Shown piece by piece: positions 9,846 to 18,291 of a stretch of 64,000 bases of DNA (its first letter is position 1; each line of letters begins with the position of its first letter). Below the pieces are notes generated by a model that was given only the letters and a program-made list of their open reading frames with translations, was not told the DNA's origin and did no database searches. The DNA is from a virus. The stretch is from positions 1-64,000 of the IMG/VR virus record IMGVR_UViG_3300036770_005778, one strand, 5' to 3'. The translations under genes were made by a program, and so were the position numbers.

Positions 9846-9918
9846 CAATTACAGGGTTTGGCCTTATAATTATGATACTGGGAAAGCAATTCGTAGTTTA
9901 ACTTTTTAGCGAGGTCTT

Positions 9919-11004
9919 ATGTCAAAGCAAACTGATATTTCCGTCCGCCAAGTTGGACCAAAGGGTGCCAAGAAGGCGATCCGTAAGGCGATCAAAGTTC
10001 GCCGTCCTACTTTCCTGTGGGGCCCTCCTGGAATTGGTAAATCCGACATCGTCAAGCAGATTGGCGATGAACTCGATCGCGAAGTCATCGACGTGCGATT
10101 GGCCCTTTGGGAGCCCACAGACATCAAGGGTATCCCTTACTACAATTCCGATCAAGGCAGAATGGTCTGGGCACCTCCAAGCGAGCTGCCTACGGACCCA
10201 GAGTCCACGGCGATCATCTTCTTGGACGAGTTGAACTCCGCTCCTCCAGCCGTACAGGCTGCGGCCTACCAGTTGATCCTTAACCGCCGGGTAGGCACCT
10301 ACGAACTGCCCAAGGGCGTTGACATCGTTGCCGCTGGTAACCGTGAAGGCGATCGTGGCGTGACCTATCGTATGCCTGCTCCGTTGGCTAACCGCTTCGT
10401 CCACTTGGAGATGAAGGTAGACTTCGATGACTTCCAGGACTGGGCTACGCTCAACAAGGTGCATCCAGACGTGGTTGGTTATGTTGGTTTCGCCAAGCAG
10501 GACCTCTACGACTTCGATCCTAAGAGTGCCTCTAAGGCGTTCGCTACTCCTCGTTCTTGGGTGTTCGTCAGCGATTTGCTAGACGATGACGACACTGACA
10601 CCGATACGCTGGCTACCCTTATCGCAGGCGCCATCGGTGACGGGCTCGCCAACAAGTTCATGGCTCACCGTAAGATCGCAGGTAAACTGCCCAAAGCAGA
10701 TGACATTCTCGATGGCAAGGTCAAGGACCTGCAGATCAAGGAGGTGTCAGCCATGTATTCGTTGACGGTGAGTCTCTGCTACGAACTCAAGGACCGTGCT
10801 GAGAAGAAGGCCAAGGGCTGGGATGCTATGGCAGATAACTTCTTCTCCTACATGATGACGAACTTCCCAACGGAGTTGGTGGTTATGGGTGCCAAGACTG
10901 CACTGACCAACTACAACTTGCCCTTGGACGCTAGTAAGATGAAGTCCTTCGACGAGTTCCACAAGCGGTTCGGCAAGTATGTTTTGCAAGCGATGGAGAA
11001 CTAA
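9919..11004 (+). CDS. MoxR-type AAA+ ATPase
   Basis: GPPGIGKS, IFLDELN, AAGN, LANRF, TPRSW. Confidence 0.9.
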   Translation: MSKQTDISVRQVGPKGAKKAIRKAIKVRRPTFLWGPPGIGKSDIVKQIGDELDREVIDVRLALWEPTDIKGIPYYNSDQGRMVWAPPSELPTDPESTAIIFLDELNSAPPAVQAAAYQLILNRRVGTYELPKGVDIVAAGNREGDRGVTYRMPAPLANRFVHLEMKVDFDDFQDWATLNKVHPDVVGYVGFAKQDLYDFDPKSASKAFATPRSWVFVSDLLDDDDTDTDTLATLIAGAIGDGLANKFMAHRKIAGKLPKADDILDGKVKDLQIKEVSAMYSLTVSLCYELKDRAEKKAKGWDAMADNFFSYMMTNFPTELVVMGAKTALTNYNLPLDASKMKSFDEFHKRFGKYVLQAMEN

Positions 11005-11020
11005 GACCTCGCCCATCGCA

Positions 11021-11058
11021 GGGCGGGGGCTTGCCCAGAGTTCCCGCCCACCTTTTTT
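11021..11058 (+). terminator. intrinsic terminator
   Basis: GGGCGGG...CCCGCCC followed by T-tract. Confidence 0.6.
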
Positions 11059-11116
11059 GGTTGACAAATCAGCGACACGACATTATAATAGATACATACA
11101 GTAAGGAGAGCGAGCA

Positions 11117-12331
11117 ATGTCAAATTCAGCGATCATCGAAAAGTTAACCACAGCCCGAGTAGGCCTGCTACTCAAAGCACCGTTCTTCGGCAACATGGCC
11201 ACCCGCATGAAACTGATCGAATCAGATGACTGGTGCCCGACTGCGGCCACAGACGGACGCAACTTCTTCTACTCTACCAAGTTCGTAGAGAAACTGTCAG
11301 TCAAGAAACTAGAGTTCCTGTTCGCACACGAGATCTGCCACGCTATCTTCGATCACTTTGGTCGCGTGGGTTCGCGTGATCGTACCCTGTCTAACATCGC
11401 GCAGGACTATGCCGTCAACCAGATCCTCGTAGATGAGCGCATCGGTGAGAAGATCACTGAAGTGCAGATCTGCTACGATCCCAAGTATCGCGGCATGGCC
11501 TGGGAAGAGATCTACGATGAACTCTGGGAAAAAGCAGAGAAGATCAGCCTGCCCGAACTGATGAAGCAACTGGGCGATCTGCTTGACGAGCACATCAAAG
11601 AAGAAGAGGGTGCCGGTGCTGGCGACAAAGACAAAGATGGCAAAGGCAAGCCCAGCCTTACCAAAGAAGAAGCAGAGCAGATCCGCCAGGAGATCAAGAA
11701 TGCTATGATCCAAAGTGCCGCGGCCAGTGGTGCAGGTAAAGTGCCCGCAGGTATCCAGCGTATGATCAAGAACTTGACCGAGCCCAAGATGGATTGGCGT
11801 CAACTTGTTCGTCAGGAGATCCAAAGCATCGTCCGCAATGACTATTCTTTTACCCGCCCTAATCGTAAGAGTATGCACTCAGGTGCCATCCTTCCGGGCA
11901 TGAAAGAGGCTACTACTATCGATGTGGCTATTGGCATCGATATGAGCGGAAGCATCGGCGATGAGGATGCCAAAGTGTTCTTGAGCGAAGTCAAAGGTAT
12001 CATGGATCAGTACGAGGACTTCAAGATCAATATCTGGTGCTTTGACACAGAGATCTATAACGCACAAGAGATCACGCACGATAACAGTGAGGACCTCGTT
12101 GACTACGAGCCCATGGGCGGTGGTGGCACGGACTTTGAAGTCAACTGGACATTCATGCAAGATAATGGTATCCAGCCCAAGAAGTTCATCATGTTCACAG
12201 ACGGCTACCCTTGCGGTTCGTGGGGTGACGAAGACTACTGCGATACCATATTCGTTGTCAAAGGCAACGACAAGGCGCAGGCTCCGTTTGGACAGACTGT
12301 GATCTACGAGCGGGAGACAGCGGCGGCCTAA
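11117..12331 (+). CDS. DUF2201-type metallopeptidase + VWA domain protein
   Basis: TAATDG, HEICH (HExxH), MIDAS DMSGS, GGGT, FTDG. Confidence 0.88.
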   Translation: MSNSAIIEKLTTARVGLLLKAPFFGNMATRMKLIESDDWCPTAATDGRNFFYSTKFVEKLSVKKLEFLFAHEICHAIFDHFGRVGSRDRTLSNIAQDYAVNQILVDERIGEKITEVQICYDPKYRGMAWEEIYDELWEKAEKISLPELMKQLGDLLDEHIKEEEGAGAGDKDKDGKGKPSLTKEEAEQIRQEIKNAMIQSAAASGAGKVPAGIQRMIKNLTEPKMDWRQLVRQEIQSIVRNDYSFTRPNRKSMHSGAILPGMKEATTIDVAIGIDMSGSIGDEDAKVFLSEVKGIMDQYEDFKINIWCFDTEIYNAQEITHDNSEDLVDYEPMGGGGTDFEVNWTFMQDNGIQPKKFIMFTDGYPCGSWGDEDYCDTIFVVKGNDKAQAPFGQTVIYERETAAA

Positions 12332-12451
12332 GTGCCGGGGGCTGTGGCTTTTTTGCAACAGGCCCCGCTGTTATACGTGTGCGTACAGAGTTGACAAAAG
12401 ACTTATCCGATCGTATAATATAGATACTGAGAAACAACTTAGGAGCGAGCA

Positions 12452-12721
12452 ATGAATGATCTAAGAAACATCCTAGTAGACATCCGCAACGGTGATTTCA
12501 ACAATGATGATCTTAACCTGATCATCGAGGCCGTCAAGTTCAAGCGAGCACAGAATGCCCGCAAGGCTGCGAATACTCTTAGGATCGGTGAGCAGGTCAC
12601 GTTCAACGGTAAGAACGGTCCTGTGGTAGGACGTCTTGAGCAGATCAAGATCAAAAAGGCCATCGTGGTCAGTGGTATGACCCGTTGGAATGTTCCACTG
12701 GCAATGTTGGAGGCTGTATAA
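12452..12721 (+). CDS. hypothetical early protein (SH3-like C-terminus)
   Basis: Own promoter/RBS; beta-rich C-terminus WNVP. Confidence 0.75.
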   Translation: MNDLRNILVDIRNGDFNNDDLNLIIEAVKFKRAQNARKAANTLRIGEQVTFNGKNGPVVGRLEQIKIKKAIVVSGMTRWNVPLAMLEAV

Positions 12722-12849
12722 TGCAACTACTGATTGGGTTTATCCTAGGAGTCGTGGTGTCTACGATCGGATTCTCGGGCGTGGCCTATTACGCCGATCA
12801 AGGCGTCAACAAGATCAAAGAAATCACACAAGAGGCGACTAACAAATGA
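12721..12849 (+). CDS. small membrane protein (42 aa)
   Basis: Manual: MQLLIGFILGVVVSTIGFSGVA... Confidence 0.6.
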   Translation: MQLLIGFILGVVVSTIGFSGVAYYADQGVNKIKEITQEATNK

Positions 12850-13025
12850 GCATCATGAAAGACCTAGCCTATGATATCGAACAGATGTGGATCGAAGGAT
12901 ATCGTCCGATCACGATCGCAGGTCTGCTCGATTGCCACGTAGACCTAGTCTACGATTGGATCGAGTCCAACAACCTGAGTGCCGACGAGGCTTCGTATGA
13001 CCCGCACGACACCATCAACTCCTAA
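12846..13025 (+). CDS. small acidic HTH-like protein (59 aa)
   Basis: Manual: MSIMKDLAYDIEQMWIEGYRPITIAGLLDCHVDLVYDWI... Confidence 0.6.
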   Translation: MSIMKDLAYDIEQMWIEGYRPITIAGLLDCHVDLVYDWIESNNLSADEASYDPHDTINS

Positions 13026-13105
13026 CCGCGATCCTGCGCCGGCAGACGACTCATACGAACTGCCCCCGCATACAGATTAAGAATTGTTCTTGTTGCGCTC
13101 CCTTT

Positions 13106-13133
13106 GACCCTGCTCGCATCAGGGTCTTTTTTT
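13106..13133 (+). terminator. intrinsic terminator
   Basis: GACCCTG-loop-CAGGGTC + T7. Confidence 0.8.
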
Positions 13134-13191
13134 GGTTGACAATTGGGTGCTCTGGCTGTAGAATAGAGATACTGGATAACAAGGAGCGGCT

Positions 13192-13392
13192 ATGGGCTAC
13201 ACGGTATTCGAGCGGGATGTGAACTACGGACCACGTAACGGACTGGAAGGACCCTTCCACTATCCAAACGGGCAGGTCCTGTACTATGATCCCAAAGCGG
13301 GCGAGTACTGGGATCCAACCACGGACTTCTACGTGCCCAACGAAGATGTGGCTCGTTTGCAACAGACGATCTTCGACTCAATCCGTGGTTGA
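13192..13392 (+). CDS. conserved phage early protein
   Basis: GLEGPF..LYYDPKAGEYWDPTTDFY motif. Confidence 0.8.
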   Translation: MGYTVFERDVNYGPRNGLEGPFHYPNGQVLYYDPKAGEYWDPTTDFYVPNEDVARLQQTIFDSIRG

Positions 13393-13451
13393 CAATTGGA
13401 CGATTTGGCTGTAGAATTATGATACTGGGAAAACAAAACAAGGAGCGAAAG

Positions 13452-13799
13452 ATGACTGCAACATTCGATACCGTAAAAGTGCAAATGGCCCACGCATTGG
13501 CCCTGCATGAAGCCAAACACGCCGCGTATGGCTTCGCCCATAAGCACATGGGTGGCAAGGATGGCGGACCCTGCGGATTTGCCTGGGTCAACATCTACAA
13601 GGTCAGGAAGAACTCCAAACTGGGAAAGGCCTTGGAGGCAGTAGGGTTCCGTAAATCCTACGATGGCAGTTTCCAACTCTGGAACAAGTGGTGGCCAGGG
13701 CAGAGCGTGGATGCGGCCGATGCTGGTGCGTGTGCCTATGCAGAGACCATGCGCAGAGAATTAGGTCTGGACTTCTACGCAGGTAGCAGGCTGGACTAA
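13452..13799 (+). CDS. conserved phage early protein
   Basis: CGFAWV...SRLD motif. Confidence 0.8.
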   Translation: MTATFDTVKVQMAHALALHEAKHAAYGFAHKHMGGKDGGPCGFAWVNIYKVRKNSKLGKALEAVGFRKSYDGSFQLWNKWWPGQSVDAADAGACAYAETMRRELGLDFYAGSRLD

Positions 13800-13920
13800 G
13801 TCCCAGGTTGATCGCTGGGCCAGGGTGGGCGAGCAACCCCCGCCCTGTTAGAACAAATTGGTTGACAATTGGACGGTCTGGGCTTATACTGTAGGTATAG
13901 TGAAAGACAAGGAGCGCGAA

Positions 13921-14169
13921 ATGCAGACAGAAAAAGAAAAGGTAGTAGGCGCCCTGCGGGGTTGGGAATTCATCCGTGAGCGCCACGGTAGCCTGTTTGA
14001 TCGCGGCAGTGCCGATTCCTACTACGGTCGGGCACCTGATCCGCACTACGGTGGCGTTGGTGGCGACAGTGGGATCCGTGTCAAGGTTATGTACACAGAA
14101 GCCGTGGCAGAATACATGGCGGGCTACGAGGACAACGAGAAGTTCGGTCACAAGAAGGACTACGCCTAA
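13921..14169 (+). CDS. conserved phage early protein
   Basis: HGSLFDRGSADSYYGR...EYMAGY motif. Confidence 0.8.
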   Translation: MQTEKEKVVGALRGWEFIRERHGSLFDRGSADSYYGRAPDPHYGGVGGDSGIRVKVMYTEAVAEYMAGYEDNEKFGHKKDYA

Positions 14170-14516
14170 TGGAAGCGGTCCGTGAGATCACTGCTTGGGA
14201 TGTAGAGTACCGACAGCCCAATCACATCTACCTGCTAGACGGGGACCGTGTTAAGGCCTACATCAAGTGGGGCGAAGGTCCGGTAGAATGGCTGTCAGGA
14301 AAGGTCAAGATTGATCGCCGTGGCCGTAAGTTCGAGAAAGCAGACATTGGTCTGTTCGAAGTTAAAGAAGCAAAGGATCCTGTGATCTTGGAAGTGCCTG
14401 GTAGCAAGGGTGCGACCTACTATGTGAACACAGAAACTGGGACCTGCACCTGCCCTGGATTCACTTTCCGTGGTGCCTGTAAACACACAAAGGAGTTAGA
14501 ACTTGAAGACTACTGA
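14169..14516 (+). CDS. SWIM zinc-finger protein
   Basis: YYV...CTCPGF.FRG.CKH. Confidence 0.8.
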   Translation: MEAVREITAWDVEYRQPNHIYLLDGDRVKAYIKWGEGPVEWLSGKVKIDRRGRKFEKADIGLFEVKEAKDPVILEVPGSKGATYYVNTETGTCTCPGFTFRGACKHTKELELEDY

Positions 14517-14531
14517 TCAAGAATACGCGAG

Positions 14532-14867
14532 ATGGGTTTGGACTACTACGGGCCGTATGTTCCTACAGGCCGTGGCGATCTACGGTGGGCTGTTAGGTGC
14601 CTATTGGGTGCTAGTAGGATGATCGACCAGTTCCTTTGGTTCTGCCTGCCTGAGGAGGACAAGAGGTTCTTAGAACCATACAGATCCCCTAAGACCGAGA
14701 CCAGCCTGTTCAAATGGATACCTGTGGCAGAAAAGCCACGAGCACGGGATCTCTGCTTGAAACTGGGGCTGCGTGTCCGGGTAGTCTACAGAGGGCCTAG
14801 GAAGCGGTGGGCAGCTCACACGGCCCAAGAAGATGCTACCCATTTCACGGTCTATCCAATCGGTTGA
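14532..14867 (+). CDS. hypothetical protein
   Basis: Fills the gap; RVVYRGPR motif; start uncertain. Confidence 0.55.
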   Translation: MGLDYYGPYVPTGRGDLRWAVRCLLGASRMIDQFLWFCLPEEDKRFLEPYRSPKTETSLFKWIPVAEKPRARDLCLKLGLRVRVVYRGPRKRWAAHTAQEDATHFTVYPIG

Positions 14868-14922
14868 CAATTGGCGGGTTTGGCCGTATAATGTAAGTAT
14901 AGTGAAAAACAAGGAGCGAAAA

Positions 14923-15189
14923 ATGACATCAGCACAATCCAAATTCAACGCATATCTAGACGAATGCCGTGAAACCCGAGAGGCTTTGGGTGCCTTTGAG
15001 AAGGCAGTCCACGAAAAGTATGATGGTTCGGGCTACGCCTATATCGCAGGCTACATGATGACCCAACTACAGGATGCTATCACCCACTTGCCCAAAGCCA
15101 AACGGGCAGAGTTCCGTGAGACTTTCCTCCGTGCAGCCAAGAAGTTCGAGCAAGAGAACCTCATGAAGATGATCAAGGAGACTGCATGA
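14923..15189 (+). CDS. hypothetical early protein
   Basis: Own promoter and GGAGCGA RBS. Confidence 0.75.
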   Translation: MTSAQSKFNAYLDECRETREALGAFEKAVHEKYDGSGYAYIAGYMMTQLQDAITHLPKAKRAEFRETFLRAAKKFEQENLMKMIKETA

Positions 15190-15374
15190 TCACCAACATC
15201 AACTATCTGAAGACAGCCATAGGAGTCCTCGAACAAGGGCAGACTCCTATGACGGAAGCCAAGATCCTTAAGATCATGCGGGATATCTGCGAGATGAACA
15301 TCCAGCGGATCGAGCAGAATTTGGTTGACAAAGTAGAAGATCGGTTGTATAATAAAGATACAGTAAACGAATAG
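15186..15374 (+). CDS. hypothetical protein
   Basis: ATGA overlap, AAGGAG RBS. Confidence 0.6.
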   Translation: MITNINYLKTAIGVLEQGQTPMTEAKILKIMRDICEMNIQRIEQNLVDKVEDRLYNKDTVNE

Positions 15375-15383
15375 GAGCGAACT

Positions 15384-15500
15384 ATGGAATTTGAAGATCT
15401 GTTTGATGATGTAGACGAAACTGTGATAGATGAAGATCTAGACATCGACGAAGCAGTAGATATCCTCTACGATGCGATCTATGGAGACGACAATGCCTAA
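15384..15500 (+). CDS. very acidic 38-aa peptide
   Basis: Manual: MEFEDLFDDVDETVIDEDLDIDEAVDILYDAIYGDDNA; own promoter and RBS. Confidence 0.7.
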   Translation: MEFEDLFDDVDETVIDEDLDIDEAVDILYDAIYGDDNA

Positions 15501-16116
15501 TTGGTGCTCGAATTACATTTCCGTGCGCGGTCGTAGACAAGAGGCCGTGCAGAAGTTGGCGGATGCCTTTGATGCAGGTGAATTCTGCAATGCAGTGATC
15601 CCCTGTCCAGAAGATCTACTGCGTGATGGCAGTAGCACCCACGGCGGTCCTAACGCAGATGCCTACGACCAGATCCGTGCAGAGAACAAGGCCAAACACG
15701 GCTACGACAACTGGTATGACTTCAATGTGGCCAATTGGGGAACCAAATGGGACATCACTGTCAGTTCAGAGTGCGAGCGTGACGAAGACGGATTGAGTTT
15801 CAGCGGACAGTTCGACACAGCCTGGTCGCCACCTATGGGCATCGTAGAGCGATTGACCCAGCAGGGCTACGATGTCACCCTCTACTACTACGAGCCGGGC
15901 ATGGGCTTTGTAGGCAAGTATGAGGACGGTGTAGATGACTACTATGAACTGTCAGGTTTGGACAGTTCCACCGTGGCGGCCACCATCGGTGACGAATTGG
16001 ACGACTTCTTTGGCATCTCTGAACAGATGGCCGAATACGAGTCAGAGCAGGAAGAAGAAGAGCTCACAGAATGGATCAAAGATGGCGCTGACAAGCGTGG
16101 ATTGGTCACTGTATGA
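15493..16116 (+). CDS. DUF1281-like protein
   Basis: MPNWCSN...WYD...NWGTKWD...FDTAWSPP...YYEPGMGFVG. Confidence 0.8.
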   Translation: MPNWCSNYISVRGRRQEAVQKLADAFDAGEFCNAVIPCPEDLLRDGSSTHGGPNADAYDQIRAENKAKHGYDNWYDFNVANWGTKWDITVSSECERDEDGLSFSGQFDTAWSPPMGIVERLTQQGYDVTLYYYEPGMGFVGKYEDGVDDYYELSGLDSSTVAATIGDELDDFFGISEQMAEYESEQEEEELTEWIKDGADKRGLVTV

Positions 16117-16304
16117 GAACTTACCGTTTCCAATTTGAAGTGATCTGTGCCGGCCAAGGTCGGCCCGATCTCAAGAGAGTCGAAGACATGCTGGATCTCA
16201 GCATGCAGGATCTGGTCATGGACGACGAGTTTGTCGCCGCCCTAGACGAGACGGAAGCGGTGACCATCCAGGTTACGCCGCTGTTTGGTGATACAGATGG
16301 TTGA
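16113..16304 (+). CDS. hypothetical protein
   Basis: ATGA overlap. Confidence 0.6.
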   Translation: MRTYRFQFEVICAGQGRPDLKRVEDMLDLSMQDLVMDDEFVAALDETEAVTIQVTPLFGDTDG

Positions 16305-16377
16305 CATCTGGATTGGTTGAGTATATAATTAATATACTTGGTAGTTAGTTAACGCACACACACTTAGGAGATTTAGA

Positions 16378-16692
16378 ATGGCAACTTCAAAGACTTTCGC
16401 TGTAGCAGGTGTTTCCACCCACAAAGACGGCACCAAGATCCGTTTCGCCAACGATGCGGCTCGCGTCAAGATCTTGATCAAGAACGGACACACGGACATC
16501 GAGCTGATCGACCTGCCCCGGGAGATGACCAAGGCAGAGATCGCCCAATACCTGTTCGAAACCGACTTCGCTAAAGGTCGTGTTGCGGTCATGGACGCGA
16601 TCAAGGATCTAGCCAAAAAGAACCGTGTGAAGGCAGTGCCTGAAGTAAGTAAAAGTACCACTGCCGCGAAGGCAGAGGCCGTCGCCCAGTAA
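16378..16692 (+). CDS. small basic Lys/Ala-rich protein
   Basis: KIRFAND...L.KNGHTDIELIDLP..MTK; own promoter, RBS AGGAGA. Confidence 0.8.
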   Translation: MATSKTFAVAGVSTHKDGTKIRFANDAARVKILIKNGHTDIELIDLPREMTKAEIAQYLFETDFAKGRVAVMDAIKDLAKKNRVKAVPEVSKSTTAAKAEAVAQ

Positions 16693-16719
16693 GACCGATT
16701 CGCTCCCGGTTTGGGTGAC
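16681..16719 (+). ncRNA. candidate 3'-UTR hairpin RNA with anti-RBS loop (copy 2)
   Basis: GTCGCCC....AGACCG-ATTCGCTCC-CGGTTT-GGGTGAC hairpin upstream of a terminator. Confidence 0.5.
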
Positions 16720-16723
16720 ACTT

Positions 16724-16758
16724 GGGGGGCTGCTTTAACGGGCAGCCCTCTTTTTTTT
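16724..16758 (+). terminator. intrinsic terminator
   Basis: GGGGGCTGC...GCAGCCCTC + T8. Confidence 0.8.
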
Positions 16759-16776
16759 CTTCGGAGTAAATACAAG

Positions 16777-17160
16777 ATGATCATCGAATTCCTTATAGTC
16801 TTTGCTGTGGGTTTTTGGTTGGGCAGCCTCTTCCGGGGTGCCTGGATGGCTCTGAGTTTCCGTGAAATCCTCAAGGATCTAGGAGTCACTGATCAGCAAC
16901 TGCGTAACCTAGCAAAGAAGAATGGCCTAGATCTCGATGATCCAGAACCCACTGCTCGAAATGAGAAAGACGATCTTCCGGTGCTAGAAGTCCGCATCGA
17001 ACAGCATCCAGAAGGCCTGTTCGCATATCGCAAAGAGGACAACTTCTTTATCGCACAGGGCTCAGACCGCACCACACTGATGGAGAACCTGGTCAACAAC
17101 CTCACCAACGTCAGGGTCGTGGTAGCCAAAGAAGACGGGGCTGATCTGATCAACCCCTAG
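16777..17160 (+). CDS. membrane-anchored hypothetical protein
   Basis: N-terminal TM; TAAATA 4 nt upstream of ATG. Confidence 0.7.
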   Translation: MIIEFLIVFAVGFWLGSLFRGAWMALSFREILKDLGVTDQQLRNLAKKNGLDLDDPEPTARNEKDDLPVLEVRIEQHPEGLFAYRKEDNFFIAQGSDRTTLMENLVNNLTNVRVVVAKEDGADLINP

Positions 17161-17284
17161 GCAGTTAGTAAGCACTTACTTAATCCCGACTACGTTACTA
17201 CACTATTATAAAAAACACTTGCAAATTGGGCTGTGTTGCGCTATAATGTTTTTGTGTTAGTTAATAAGCAAATAGGAGCGTAAT

Positions 17285-17470
17285 ATGCAACAAGTAAACA
17301 ATGTTTTAGTAGCACTGCAAACAGCACACGCAACAGTGCGCATGGCTAAAGACTACGAGCAAGAAGAAGCAGTAAACGACACAGCGTTTGCAATTGTGGA
17401 ACTACTGCGCACACTGCACGACAACGATTTTGACATTGCAGATTTAGCACAGCAAGCGTTAGAGATGTAG
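17285..17470 (+). CDS. hypothetical early protein (island gene 1; no Pro or Ser)
   Basis: Own promoter 17219 and GGAGCG RBS. Confidence 0.8.
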   Translation: MQQVNNVLVALQTAHATVRMAKDYEQEEAVNDTAFAIVELLRTLHDNDFDIADLAQQALEM

Positions 17471-17562
17471 CATAAACGCAACAGCACTACACAGCACTTG
17501 CAATTTGGGCTGTGTAGTGCTATAATGTTTTTGTGTTAGTTAATAAGCAAATAGGAGCGTGT

Positions 17563-17895
17563 ATGTTAAAAATTACAAACACTACAGTAGAGCGTGATGA
17601 AGAAGAAGGCATGACTTACACGAGCTATGACGTAGAAGGCTTTGCTACGCTAGACGGTACGAGCATTTGGGACTACGACTATGCTAAGGAAGGCACACAG
17701 GTTAAAGTTACGCACATAGGCGTGACGGAGTACGACGACGAAGATTACGGCAAGAGCATTTATGTGACGCACGACAAAGGCTGGGAGATTTACACAGACA
17801 GAGGCTTTGAGCAGAGCATTAGTAGTGTGCTGGGCTTTGACGTTACGTTTACAGAGCAAGGCATGCAAGACGACGAACTTGCGAGCATGGAGTAA
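17563..17895 (+). CDS. acidic hypothetical early protein (island gene 2; no Pro)
   Basis: Own promoter 17498; IYTD.GFE...FTEQGMQ motif. Confidence 0.85.
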   Translation: MLKITNTTVERDEEEGMTYTSYDVEGFATLDGTSIWDYDYAKEGTQVKVTHIGVTEYDDEDYGKSIYVTHDKGWEIYTDRGFEQSISSVLGFDVTFTEQGMQDDELASME

Positions 17896-17973
17896 CTTTT
17901 ACGCAACACTACGCACTTGACATTTTGGGTGCGTAGTGCTATAATGCTTACACACTAAACAAACGGAGCGAAT

Positions 17974-18291
17974 ATGCAACTAGCAACTACAAAACAAACA
18001 CGTAAAATTGTAAGCAACTACTTTAACGGTATTAGTTTTAGCGGTAACAGTTGGACAGACAAGTGTGCAGGCGACGAGACTATGCGGCGTGTGGCGTTTA
18101 AGATTTGCGGCGGTAGCATGGAAGCAACTAGGCTAGAAACTATACGCAAAGACTTGCAGGCGCTGTTTATGCTGGCAGGCTTTGCTAACGAAGTTAAAAC
18201 AACGGACAGCACGAGCAAGCGTGTAGGGCTTTTGGCATACTGTAGGGACGACAGCGGTTGCTACGTGCGTGTTAAAGCACGGGCAAGTTAG
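17974..18291 (+). CDS. basic hypothetical early protein (island gene 3; no Pro)
   Basis: Own promoter 17917, RBS GGAGCGAAT. Confidence 0.8.
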   Translation: MQLATTKQTRKIVSNYFNGISFSGNSWTDKCAGDETMRRVAFKICGGSMEATRLETIRKDLQALFMLAGFANEVKTTDSTSKRVGLLAYCRDDSGCYVRVKARAS

